64,000 nucleotides of DNA. Source: a virus. Positions 52,401 to 61,140 of the stretch are shown in pieces. The stretch spans positions 41,120 to 105,119 of IMG/VR virus record IMGVR_UViG_3300048854_000126; one strand, written 5' to 3'. Under the pieces are notes generated by a model. The model was not told the DNA's origin, did not search any database, and was given only the letters and a program-made list of their open reading frames with translations. The translations under genes were made by a program, and so were the position numbers. Numbering within the stretch: position 1 is the stretch's first letter; each line of letters begins with the position of its first letter.

Positions 52401-53997
52401 AAACGCCAAGCAGCAGATGGATCAGCTGAAGGGCCGCCTCGCGCCGCTGGAGAAAGAATACTCCGAAGGCATGGCGAAGCTGATGAACGGCGACACCACG
52501 ACCGACGCGGGTGAGGAAGACAACTCGGCGCTCAAGTTCCTCGAAAAGCTCTCGTCAAAGTCGCTCCAGGCGGCCAACGACCTGGCGCCCGTGATCGAGA
52601 ACATGAAGCGCATGAAGCTGGTCGCCGACCAGATCGACCTGCTCAACTTCACCCGCGACATCGTGAAGGCAGACCAGGACGGTCAAGTCGCGCTCATCGA
52701 CAACACCCGCGACCGCCTTGCTGCCCAGCAAGCGCTTGAGAACGCAGCTTGGGATCGGCAAGCGGCAGAGCGGCTCGGCAAGGTGCGTGCGCTCGGCGGC
52801 AACGTTGAAAAGGAAGAGGCGCTCATCGAGTCCGCGCGCGCAACGCGGCAAGCGCAACAGGCGCGCGACCTCGAGACGCCGATGCAAAAGCTCGTGCGCG
52901 AGTGGCAGGACTCGACCGCTGAGATGGAAAAGGCGTCCACCAGCTGGGCGAACTCCACGATCGACATGATCGTGAACGCATCGAAGACGGGCAAGTTCGA
53001 GTTTTCGGACCTCGTGCAGTCGATTTTGCTCGACTTCGAAAAGATCCAACTGCAGAAAGCGTTCGGCCCGGGGCTGCAGGCTGGCTTTGACAGCCTCACG
53101 AACTACGTGTCGGGCGCGCTCGGCTGGAAGTCCAGCACGGCCCCGGTGACCGAAGCCGGTTCGCAGAACGCGGGCCTGGGGATGGGCAACGCTGCCGCCG
53201 AAGCGAGCGCGGCCGCGATGAAGCTTTTCACCGGCACCGACGATCTCGGCGAGAAGTTCGCGAAGCTCGCCGGCGGCACGGACAAGTTCAACTTCACGCT
53301 GGGCGACAGCATCGCGAAGACGGCGACCGGCATCACGGTCCAGGACGCAACGAAGACGTCGATGGTGACGCTCGCCGATGCAGCACTCGCAGCCGCGCAT
53401 GCGCTCATGTCGATCAGCGGCGGCTCGAGCGGCGGCAGCGGGATTCTGGGCGCGATCGGCGGCGTCGCGAGCGCGGCACTCGGTTCCTATTTCGGTGGCG
53501 GCACGGTTTCGGGCGCACTGGCAGGCACAGGGAGCATGGATACGGGCGCAGGTAGCGGGGCGCTCTTCGGACCCAGCGCTGGCACGAACACCCTCGGCAA
53601 CTGGGCATACGGCGGCGGAAAGATGTCGAACCAGTATGGCTTCGCCACGGGCGGAATCATGACCCAGTTCGGCCCGGCTGAGCTTCGCAAGTATGCCCAA
53701 GGCGGCATCGCAAACAGCCCGCAGGTCGCCGTCTACGGCGAAGGCTCGATGAACGAGGCGTTCGTCCCGCTTCCTGACGGAAAAACCATCCCCGTAACGA
53801 TTTCCGGTGGCGGCGGCTCGAGCTCGGCACCGCCCGCCGTCACGGTGAATTTGATTAACCAGACCGGCACGCAGGTGAACGCACAGCAGCAGGGTTCGCC
53901 TCGCTTTGACGGCAAACAACTGATCCTCGACATGGTTCTGAGCGCGGCGCAGTCGCCGGGCACGTTCCGTGACGGGTTAAGGCAGGCCACACGATGA
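49498..53997 (+). CDS. Tape measure protein
   Basis: ~1500 aa Ala-rich helical protein; QMAGKGVVS..ELR.QL domain; FA.GG..GE.EA.VPL C-terminus. Confidence 0.95.
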   Translation: MSNSLENIGYNLILDDSGFRVTAQSTAAQLKALEAQFASTGQGVKAIEAKINSAGVTFHQWVTSIGAVKFALMDLDSVFLTLPKAVLETAGEIEKLQTVLKGLSTAATDAGRQADAAIGKNFILNLEQNVPFKLQALTDTFVKLKTVGIDPLKGSMESILNEVAKYGGGTEQLKSASLAIQQMAGKGVVSLQELRMQLSQAVPGAAQAMAVGMGMSMGELTKAISKGTVSSEMAIRKMLAVFANDSLGAANEQMKTWQGSLEKLNTRWDLFKMDVADAGMFKAAKDELNDIMNLFGTPQAHQWARGLSDQFVSLIGLFHDGREAITEYLPELITLGKVLLAAFSVTMLSNFISGTRNALTGVVSSYRDYAANAIAAEGAVAAKKISVTEQILAADAKRRESIAMESELRQEALAREIANNQKLIVENDRRNAAIDAARAAEYAKEIENNQQLLAAKLALFEELSAAERTYSATLLAEQYKRAQMGMANNSATAAQYAAQARYTEGLERGLVSMQAEIALLEKESVALMERTNLLRAVTAAEAEATAAQNTLNAATSAQNATLVQKNAALATSIKAEREAVANMSAMTTGAAVLKTGIMGLQFAFNALGGWIGLVSVAVIGGIALWDRYKEHAQQAARAAIVASTVDKAIKQNSVTQGQIDDAKSGIKDKNAQIDILNTQIGMRKAGSDEQGNWIGRKGDDDPEIKAMREKIAALKVEVKNLDNVRAAAQDSFDKSQSKIESHKYAQGLEDADNQALSNISATRAKRVADIQSDFKDRIAQAKGNAKQEEAVQKELSARLHQVEVDTTNDRVKVLEQRRDAINDQIKKGFTGKDAAAQAEAAAQAQERLNQQIDNARNQNQALVAPNDFLSPKGPGKATAPPTDLLAKALARTKTQLDDAKGELRAIVTGATEYAQLRMDAEAKVRDLWENGQLNTRTHGKGATSVRPDFNGAGVQGLIDNETQLKIVQNAKQQMDQLKGRLAPLEKEYSEGMAKLMNGDTTTDAGEEDNSALKFLEKLSSKSLQAANDLAPVIENMKRMKLVADQIDLLNFTRDIVKADQDGQVALIDNTRDRLAAQQALENAAWDRQAAERLGKVRALGGNVEKEEALIESARATRQAQQARDLETPMQKLVREWQDSTAEMEKASTSWANSTIDMIVNASKTGKFEFSDLVQSILLDFEKIQLQKAFGPGLQAGFDSLTNYVSGALGWKSSTAPVTEAGSQNAGLGMGNAAAEASAAAMKLFTGTDDLGEKFAKLAGGTDKFNFTLGDSIAKTATGITVQDATKTSMVTLADAALAAAHALMSISGGSSGGSGILGAIGGVASAALGSYFGGGTVSGALAGTGSMDTGAGSGALFGPSAGTNTLGNWAYGGGKMSNQYGFATGGIMTQFGPAELRKYAQGGIANSPQVAVYGEGSMNEAFVPLPDGKTIPVTISGGGGSSSAPPAVTVNLINQTGTQVNAQQQGSPRFDGKQLILDMVLSAAQSPGTFRDGLRQATR

Positions 53998-54359
53998 GCA
54001 ATCCAGTTATGCCCTTGGCCGATCTGCAGGACTCGGCCAAATACGACGTCCAACAAGAGAACCCCGCCCTCGGAGGAAAGATGGAGGGCGGGTATGTGGC
54101 GACTCGCCCACGTCACACCCGGCGACCACGCAAGACGTGGACATCCGGGTTCACGTCGCTGAGCCAGGCGCAGATGACCCAGATGCAGGATTTCTTCGAC
54201 TCGGTGCGTGGTGGGTCGGTGATTTTCGACTGGACCAACCCGGCGACCGGCGCAGTGGTCGCCGTGCGCTTTACGACCGATACGACCATGCAGTTCACCT
54301 ACACAGGCGTCGGCTTCAACCGACGCTATGACGCCACGTTCAAGGTCCAGGAGGCATAA
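53994..54359 (+). CDS. Distal tail protein (lambda gpM-like)
   Basis: Follows tape measure gene; FF....GG...FDWTNP. Confidence 0.75.
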   Translation: MSNPVMPLADLQDSAKYDVQQENPALGGKMEGGYVATRPRHTRRPRKTWTSGFTSLSQAQMTQMQDFFDSVRGGSVIFDWTNPATGAVVAVRFTTDTTMQFTYTGVGFNRRYDATFKVQEA

Positions 54360-54995
54360 ATGGCAAACCGTCTTTCAGTGGCGAGCGTCATCGAGAAGAA
54401 CAAGATTTCGAGCGACGTCGCCTATATCGCACTGCTCGACATCGAAGTGCCCGATCCGGTCACGGGCGATGTGCTGGAAACGCTGCGCTATGCGAACAAC
54501 ACCGAAGACGTGGTGCGCAAGGGCGTCACGTATCGCGCCGTGCAGTTTTCGCTCGAGCTCAACTCCTCGTCGGGTCAGACGCCGCAGATCAATCTCGGCT
54601 TCTTTGACTATACGCAGGAAGTGCTCTCGAAGATGAAGCAGTTCGCGGGCGGGGTGGGGTTCAACGCGAACATCCAGATCATTTCGTCCGATAACTTCGA
54701 TGGCGATGCAGAGGTCACTGAGTATTTCGAGGTGATCGCAGCCTCCGCGGCCAACTACCAAGTGAACTTCACGCTGGGCGCCGAGAACGCGCTCACCAAG
54801 CAGTTTCCCAAGCGCATCCAGCGCCGCGACTTCTGCCCGTGGGTCTACAAGGACGGCAACACCTGTCGCTACGCCGGCTCGATGACCGTGTGCGATCACA
54901 CGCTCGAGGGTCGCCTTGGCTGCCGCGCGCACCAGAACGTCGTGAACTTCGGCGGCCAGCCGAATCTTGTTCCGGGCGGCAATGTGTTCATGTAA
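54360..54995 (+). CDS. Tail tip protein (lambda gpL-like)
   Basis: C.WVY...C.Y.G...CD.T...C...FGG four-Cys motif. Confidence 0.8.
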   Translation: MANRLSVASVIEKNKISSDVAYIALLDIEVPDPVTGDVLETLRYANNTEDVVRKGVTYRAVQFSLELNSSSGQTPQINLGFFDYTQEVLSKMKQFAGGVGFNANIQIISSDNFDGDAEVTEYFEVIAASAANYQVNFTLGAENALTKQFPKRIQRRDFCPWVYKDGNTCRYAGSMTVCDHTLEGRLGCRAHQNVVNFGGQPNLVPGGNVFM

Positions 54996-55000
54996 AATAA

Positions 55001-55018
55001 ATAGTAACCGGTGACTAT
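55001..55018. promoter_or_regulatory. Operator copy
   Basis: ATAGTAA-ccgg-TGACTAT. Confidence 0.85.
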
Positions 55019-55023
55019 ATATT

Positions 55024-55419
55024 ATGACGAACGCAGAGCTGATCGGCATTCCCTTTGAAACCGGCGGCCGCGGGCCGGACACCTTCGATTGTTACGGGCT
55101 GTGCATGCACGTAGTCGAGCGCGATACCGGGGTGCGGCCGCCCGACTACGGCGCACCCGAAGACTTCGCCCGCATCCAGGCGCTGATGGTCAGCTCGGCG
55201 GTCTTCTGGAAGCGCATTCCCTATGCCAAGCCCGGATCAGTCGTCTTGCTGCGCGTGGGTCGGTTCATCGCTCACTGCGGCGTCGTCATCAACGACTCCG
55301 AATTCATCCACACCTGGGAGAAATCAGGCGGGGTGGTGAGGGAGCGGCTTCAACTTTGGACAGATCGGATCTTCGGATTTTATGAATACAGCGACACTGG
55401 CAAGCCCGAAGCAGCGTAA
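55024..55419 (+). CDS. NlpC/P60 tail protein (gpK C-terminal-like)
   Basis: GIPF..GGR...FDCYGL, HCGV, FIH. Confidence 0.85.
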   Translation: MTNAELIGIPFETGGRGPDTFDCYGLCMHVVERDTGVRPPDYGAPEDFARIQALMVSSAVFWKRIPYAKPGSVVLLRVGRFIAHCGVVINDSEFIHTWEKSGGVVRERLQLWTDRIFGFYEYSDTGKPEAA

Positions 55420-58400
55420 GGCAAAAACCACTCCGAAACTCATCACCGTTCGGCGGATCACGAATCCGTTCGAACCATTGCGCGCGGTCGAGGTCGAGCA
55501 CTGGGTCTGGAAGAAGCGCAAGGTGCTCGCGACCTATCTGCCAGCGGGCCTCGCTGCAGACCACGTGGTATCGCGCAACGGCGCGGTGGTGGACCCGAAA
55601 GACCTTAAAAAGACGTTCCTCGATCCCGACGACTACGTGGTGCTCTGCCCAATCCCGCGCGGTGGCAGCGGTGGCAAGGGCATCTTCCGGATCGTCGCGA
55701 TGGTGGCCGTTGCAGTCGCGTCCGCTTATACGGGCGGTGCAGCCGCGGCCGCCTACGGTTCGGCGATGGGCGTCTCTGCAACCTCGGGCGCAGCGCTCGC
55801 AGCCGGGGCCATTGCGGCAACGGCGGTGACGGTTGCCGGCTCCATGCTGGTGAACGCGATCTTGCCGCCTGTCACTGCGACCAACCGCGGCAGCAGCCTG
55901 AGCAACAGCTCTTCCTATGGTGCCGATGGCGCGAAGAACACGAGCACGGAAGGCATCGCCGTGCCGGTCAGTTACGGTGACTACCGGATGGCCGGCAACA
56001 TCATCGGCCTCTACACCGAACAGAACGTAAGCGGCACCGACGCATCGAACAACGGCAACAACCAGATCCTCTACATGCTCATCAATGCCGGGGAGGGGCC
56101 GATCGCGTCCATCTCCGACATTCTGATTAACGATCGGCCGGCCGAAGAGTTCCTCGACGTCACGACGCAAACCCGCCTGGGATACGGCGTGCAGTCGCCA
56201 ATCGACTGGTTCTCGAAGGTCATCACGCCGGTCAACAAGAACGTCAAGCTGCCCGCCAAGGGTGACTTCATCACCGTCTCGACGGTCGAAGAGTGCGAGC
56301 AATTCCGCCTGGACTTCACCTGTCCCTCTGGCCTGTATTCGCTTAACACGAAAGACGGCTCGTTCAACGCCAACTCGGTGGCGCTCGATATCGAGTATCG
56401 CGTGCTCGGCTCGAATGCGCCCTGGACGCAGATGCAGTCGACGAAGACGGCGTATTCCACGCTGCTGGTGAAGCCGTCGCTGAATTTGGGCGTGGTCACC
56501 GCGCTCATCGTCTCGAATGAAGACGGCAGTGCCGCATCTGATGCCGATCGTGCTGCCGCGATGGACAAATACGGCATCTACATCGGCAAAGCGTGGCCGT
56601 TCGACTCGGTGAACGACTACGGCAGCAGCATCGCGACCACCGTCACGATGACCGCTTCGCGACAAGTGCCATCCGGCGATCTGGTCATCACGGATAACCT
56701 GCGCGCGACCGTGCGCCGCAGCTTCACGTCGCCGCAAATAGCGATGGCAAAGTATGAGATTCGCGTGCGGCGAAACCCCAACTATTCGGTTCAGACAGTC
56801 AACAACCAGACGAATCAGATTCGCAACGTGTTTCCGACCGACTCGTCGGACAATGCCCAGAGCGACACCTACCTCACCGATCTGAACGAAATCAAGTTCG
56901 ACGGCGTTGCCTACAACCATACGGCGCTGCTCGCACTGCGCATCCAGATGGATGACCAGCTTTCGGGCGTGCCGAGCGTGTCGTTCATGCGCGGTGGCAA
57001 TCTGGTGAAGGTCATGACGCGCACCAACGGCGTCGTCATGACGTCCGTGCTGCCGTCGAAGAACCCAGCCTGGATCTGGTATGACATGGCGACCAACCCG
57101 ATTTACGGGGCGGGCCTTGCCGAAGCGCGTATCGACCTCGACTCGGTGTTTGCATGGGCCGCATTCTGCGACGCTCAAGGGCTCACCTGGAATGGTCCGC
57201 TCGATCAGATTCAGAACTTCTGGGACGCCTCGGCGCTGGTGCTGCGTGTCGGGCACGCGCAGGTGATCCAGGTTGGCACGCGTTACTACGTCGCGACCGA
57301 AGCCGAAGCCGAGCCCGTCATGATGTTCGGTATGGGCAACATCATCGCCGACTCGTTCAAAATGAACTGGCTCGGGATGAAGGATCGCGCGACCGAAATC
57401 GACATTACCTACTTCGACAAGACGGACAACAACCGGTCGAAGACGGTAAAGGTCACCGACTCGTCGCTCGCGCTCACCGGCGCCAGCCAAAACGTCTCGG
57501 CCATCACGCTCTTTGGGGTCGATGACATGCAGACGGCCTATAAAGAGGGCGCGTTCCAGCTGAACCTGAACCGGCTGCTTACTCAGTCGGTCGAGTTCGA
57601 CGCGCCGCTCGAAGCCATCGCATGCACGCCGGGCGACGTGGTGCTCGTGCAGCACAACATGCCGAACTGGGCCTACTCCGGCCGGCTCGAGGCGGGCTCG
57701 ACGACCGATACGTTGGTGCTCGATCAAGCCGTCACGATGGAGGCGGGCAAGCAATACAAGGCGCTCTTGCTCACGAACTTCGTGGAGCGCGCCCGCGCCC
57801 GAATCGCGTCGATCTCTGGCAACTTCGTCCAGCTGGTGGGCGGTGTCAACATTAAGAACCGCATCAACCGCATCAGGGGCACAAACGGCGTCGAAACCGG
57901 CATCACCGCGATGGTGCCCGATGGCGTCTATGTGGATAACGTCGCCGGCCTCGTGGTGGGCGACGACGCCACGCTCTTTGACACGGACGTCGTGACCGAC
58001 GTTGATGTGAGCGTGCGTGTAGGCGAAACGACTACGCTGTCGCTGGCGACGCCGTTGAACTATGCACCTGCGCAGTTCACGGTCTTCATGTTCGGCGAGT
58101 CTGCAAAGGTGCGCAAGCCCTTCCGCGTCACCGCGATCACGCTCGCGACCGACACCGCAAACCGAAATATCAAGGCGCTCGAATACAACCCGGCGGTCTA
58201 CGACCTGTCGGCTTACTCGGACGTCATCAACTCGCTCATGCCGCCGCTGCTGCCGCCCGAGCAGGCGGCCATTGGCCAGGTCACCGCGCTCTCCGTCTAC
58301 GAAGAGACGTATGTAACCGGCACGCAGATCCTCTCGGACGTGCGCGTCGCCTGGGGAGGCCCGCAGGTGGGCTCGTATGCCGGCGCCGACATCTACGTGT

Positions 58401-60526
58401 CGGTGAACGGCGGCCCGATGAACAAATACGACACCGTGCGCGCGGCGACGAGCTACGTGGTGCCAGGCACGGCAGCGGGTGACGCTCTCGTCGTGCGCGT
58501 GGTCGCCTACGATCTGTGGGGCAAGCGCGCGAGCTATGACAAGGCGCCGACTGCGAGCTACAAGGTCATCGGCCAGGTGGGTGCCATCGACGTGGCTCAC
58601 GTGAGCGGCGCGAATTTCATCTGGGCTGGCCGCGACTGCAAGATTTTCTGGAATTACAACGCCACCACCAGCTCGTTTGAATTCGGCAGCGAGCCGAACG
58701 GCGCGGACGGCGGCGCGCGTGACCCGCACTTTCAGGACTACGAGATCCGGGTCTATGACCACGATCACAAGCCCCTGCGCACGGAGCACACGACCGACAA
58801 CTCGTATGTCTACAGCTTCGAGAAGAACGTCGCGGACGGCACGCATCGTCGCCTGACGTTCGAAATCTCGGTGCGTGACATCTTCAACAACATCGGCAAG
58901 CCCGCGGTGCTGGACGCATACAACCCGCCACCGCAGGTGACGAGCGTAGGGGTCAATCCTGCTTACGACCGGGCGCAGGTGAACTTCCAGCACACCGACG
59001 ACGCCGACTATGCGGGCGCGCAGGTCTATCTGCGCCAGAACGGCGATGTGATTCTGGGCACCGACGTGCCGGTCTACGACGGTCCCGATCTCCAGGTGCT
59101 TCTCACCAACCTGATGTTCAACGCCGATTACAACTTCGTGATCGTGCCGTATGACGCGTTCGGGCTGGATGAGACGATTCCGTCGCAGCAGTTTCACTTC
59201 CGCACGCCGTTTTTGGATGTGGAAGCGATTGCCGATGGCGTGCTGAAAGACTCCAAGCTGACCCCGTTGCTCCAAACGCGTCTTGACTTGATCGACGCGC
59301 CGGCGAGCATCCTCGGTAGCGTGAACGAGCGGCTCTCGACGGCAAAGACCGAGATCACTTCGGTTCAGTCGAGCCAGGCCACCGCTATCAGCGCGCTGTC
59401 CACCAAAGTGGATACGGTCAGCGCCAAGACGGACTCCAATGCCGCGCTCATTACCAGCGAGCAGACCGCCCGCACCGATGCCGACTCCGCGCTCGGCACC
59501 CGGATCGATGTCGTGGCGGCCAGCGTGGGGCCTGGCGTTATTGCTGCAATCCAGACTGAGCAGATCGCGCGCGCCACGGCCGACTCTGCACTCGGTAGTC
59601 GCATCGACACAGTAGAGGTCGGTGTCGGCGACGCGAACGCGCAGGTGCGCGGCGAAGCGACGGCGCGTGCAAGTGCGGATAGCGCGCTCGGAACCCGGAT
59701 CGACACGGTCGTGGCGTCGGTGGGGCAGGCTAACGCGCTGATCCAGCAAGAGACCCAGGCTCGCGCCGATGCCGATGGCGCCGCCGCAAGCCAGATTGGG
59801 TCGCTGCAAACGCAGGTTGGCAACAACTACGCGATGATCCAGAGCGCCTACTCGTCGATCAACGGCCTGAGCGCGCAATACACCGTCAAGATCGATAACA
59901 ACGGCTACGTCTCTGGCTTTGGCTTGGCCTCGTATCCGGTCAACGGCGGCATCGTGAGCGAATTCGCGGTGCGCGCTGACACGTTCTCGGTTCAACTGCC
60001 GGGCTATAGCGGGGTGCGCCCGTTCACGATCGGCGCGGTCTACGGCGTGCCGCAAGTCATCGTGAGCAGCGCGCTGATCGGGGATGCCTCGATCGTGACA
60101 GCGAAGATCGGCGACTTGCAGGTGAACACGTTCAAGCTCGCGGGCAACTCGGTGAGCGTGCCTTCCTATATCGGCGGAAACGGCGGGGCATCTGGCATTT
60201 CGAACGGTCAACTGATCGGGCCGGTTGGATCGATGACCCTCTCGTTCGCAGACGCTGCGAGCATTGTCGCCTTTCTGTCCTGGCAGGCACAAAATTCGAG
60301 CAACGATTCAACCAACTCGCGCGTGCAAATTCGCGTGGACGGCAACCCATTTGTTGACTCGGATAACTCCTGTCAGGCGGGATTTGCGACCTCGTTTGCG
60401 ACCAGCGGTAAGACAAACGTCTCCGCCGGCACGCACACCTTCACAGTCTATGTGGGCAACACATGGCCGCGCGGCAACTGGAACCTAGCTGCGTGGGGTA
60501 TGACGATCCTTGGAGTAATGCGATGA
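55382..60526 (+). CDS. Central tail fibre / host-specificity protein (gpI-gpJ-like fusion)
   Basis: 1714 aa; PV.YG, GEGPI, NPAW..YD; E..AR..ADSALG.RID repeats near 59.5 kb; YTVKID.NGYVSGFGL. Confidence 0.9.
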   Translation: MNTATLASPKQRKAKTTPKLITVRRITNPFEPLRAVEVEHWVWKKRKVLATYLPAGLAADHVVSRNGAVVDPKDLKKTFLDPDDYVVLCPIPRGGSGGKGIFRIVAMVAVAVASAYTGGAAAAAYGSAMGVSATSGAALAAGAIAATAVTVAGSMLVNAILPPVTATNRGSSLSNSSSYGADGAKNTSTEGIAVPVSYGDYRMAGNIIGLYTEQNVSGTDASNNGNNQILYMLINAGEGPIASISDILINDRPAEEFLDVTTQTRLGYGVQSPIDWFSKVITPVNKNVKLPAKGDFITVSTVEECEQFRLDFTCPSGLYSLNTKDGSFNANSVALDIEYRVLGSNAPWTQMQSTKTAYSTLLVKPSLNLGVVTALIVSNEDGSAASDADRAAAMDKYGIYIGKAWPFDSVNDYGSSIATTVTMTASRQVPSGDLVITDNLRATVRRSFTSPQIAMAKYEIRVRRNPNYSVQTVNNQTNQIRNVFPTDSSDNAQSDTYLTDLNEIKFDGVAYNHTALLALRIQMDDQLSGVPSVSFMRGGNLVKVMTRTNGVVMTSVLPSKNPAWIWYDMATNPIYGAGLAEARIDLDSVFAWAAFCDAQGLTWNGPLDQIQNFWDASALVLRVGHAQVIQVGTRYYVATEAEAEPVMMFGMGNIIADSFKMNWLGMKDRATEIDITYFDKTDNNRSKTVKVTDSSLALTGASQNVSAITLFGVDDMQTAYKEGAFQLNLNRLLTQSVEFDAPLEAIACTPGDVVLVQHNMPNWAYSGRLEAGSTTDTLVLDQAVTMEAGKQYKALLLTNFVERARARIASISGNFVQLVGGVNIKNRINRIRGTNGVETGITAMVPDGVYVDNVAGLVVGDDATLFDTDVVTDVDVSVRVGETTTLSLATPLNYAPAQFTVFMFGESAKVRKPFRVTAITLATDTANRNIKALEYNPAVYDLSAYSDVINSLMPPLLPPEQAAIGQVTALSVYEETYVTGTQILSDVRVAWGGPQVGSYAGADIYVSVNGGPMNKYDTVRAATSYVVPGTAAGDALVVRVVAYDLWGKRASYDKAPTASYKVIGQVGAIDVAHVSGANFIWAGRDCKIFWNYNATTSSFEFGSEPNGADGGARDPHFQDYEIRVYDHDHKPLRTEHTTDNSYVYSFEKNVADGTHRRLTFEISVRDIFNNIGKPAVLDAYNPPPQVTSVGVNPAYDRAQVNFQHTDDADYAGAQVYLRQNGDVILGTDVPVYDGPDLQVLLTNLMFNADYNFVIVPYDAFGLDETIPSQQFHFRTPFLDVEAIADGVLKDSKLTPLLQTRLDLIDAPASILGSVNERLSTAKTEITSVQSSQATAISALSTKVDTVSAKTDSNAALITSEQTARTDADSALGTRIDVVAASVGPGVIAAIQTEQIARATADSALGSRIDTVEVGVGDANAQVRGEATARASADSALGTRIDTVVASVGQANALIQQETQARADADGAAASQIGSLQTQVGNNYAMIQSAYSSINGLSAQYTVKIDNNGYVSGFGLASYPVNGGIVSEFAVRADTFSVQLPGYSGVRPFTIGAVYGVPQVIVSSALIGDASIVTAKIGDLQVNTFKLAGNSVSVPSYIGGNGGASGISNGQLIGPVGSMTLSFADAASIVAFLSWQAQNSSNDSTNSRVQIRVDGNPFVDSDNSCQAGFATSFATSGKTNVSAGTHTFTVYVGNTWPRGNWNLAAWGMTILGVMR

Positions 60527-60882
60527 ACTTTCAGACGACGCAGTTTGCCAAACACGATGAGACGGGCCGCATCCTTTTTGTCGGGCAAGTGCCCGGCACG
60601 ATGCTCGAACTCCAGGGCGAGAATGTGGTCGCGGGGAATGCCGACGCGAAGCTCGACTACGTGCTTGACGGGGCGATCACCCGGCGCCCGGCAAACACCG
60701 CTGTGCTCGACGGCATGACGCTCAAGTCGCTGCCCGCGCCCTGTGTAATCACGGTTGAAGGGGTTGAGCACTCATGTAGCGACGACACCGCGGAGCTATC
60801 TTTCAGCCACGCGGGAACCTACACGGTGACCGTGACGGCGTTTCCGATGCTCGACGCCACGTTTGAGGTAACGCAAGCATGA
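60523..60882 (+). CDS. Tail-associated hypothetical protein
   Basis: ATGA overlap with the J-like gene. Confidence 0.75.
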   Translation: MNFQTTQFAKHDETGRILFVGQVPGTMLELQGENVVAGNADAKLDYVLDGAITRRPANTAVLDGMTLKSLPAPCVITVEGVEHSCSDDTAELSFSHAGTYTVTVTAFPMLDATFEVTQA

Positions 60883-61064
60883 AGATCCATCACAAGGTTG
60901 ATCCAGATCCACTGCGCCGCGCGGCCTACATGCCGCTTGGCGACCAGCTTGACGCGCTGATGAAAGGATTCGCAGCGCTGAAAGAGCAGGGCGTGAAACT
61001 GCCCGACGAAACGGTGGCATGGATAGAGCACTGCCACGAGGTGAAAGCCAGCATCGCTAAGTGA
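60879..61064 (+). CDS. Small tail-associated protein
   Basis: RRAAY.P.GDQLDAL.K...VK pattern. Confidence 0.7.
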   Translation: MKIHHKVDPDPLRRAAYMPLGDQLDALMKGFAALKEQGVKLPDETVAWIEHCHEVKASIAK

Positions 61065-61077
61065 CTTTCCCGCATCC

Positions 61078-61106
61078 TTGCGAAATAGTCACCGCTTACT
61101 TATAAT
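61078..61106 (+). promoter_or_regulatory. Sigma70 promoter with an operator in the spacer
   Basis: TTGCGA-N17-TATAAT; ATAGTCA-ccgc-TTACTTA at 61085-61102. Confidence 0.8.
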
Positions 61107-61140
61107 CGGCGGCAACAGTCTTTCGGACAAGGGTCACTGC

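Noticed and set aside
3823-55419. Many proteins ending in AA as a ClpXP degron programme
   Set aside because: Largely explained by RBS and ATGA overlaps (GGAG-GCN-GCA-TGA encodes EAA); common in phages and not separable without statistics.
59455-59790. Direct repeats in the J-like gene as a DGR or recombination cassette
   Set aside because: They are in-frame coiled-coil repeats with no adenine-specific variation, and no reverse transcriptase is present.
49612-60292. Very long minus-strand ORFs (929 aa, 1662 aa and others)
   Set aside because: They are antisense shadows of GC-rich structural genes, with no motifs or RBS.
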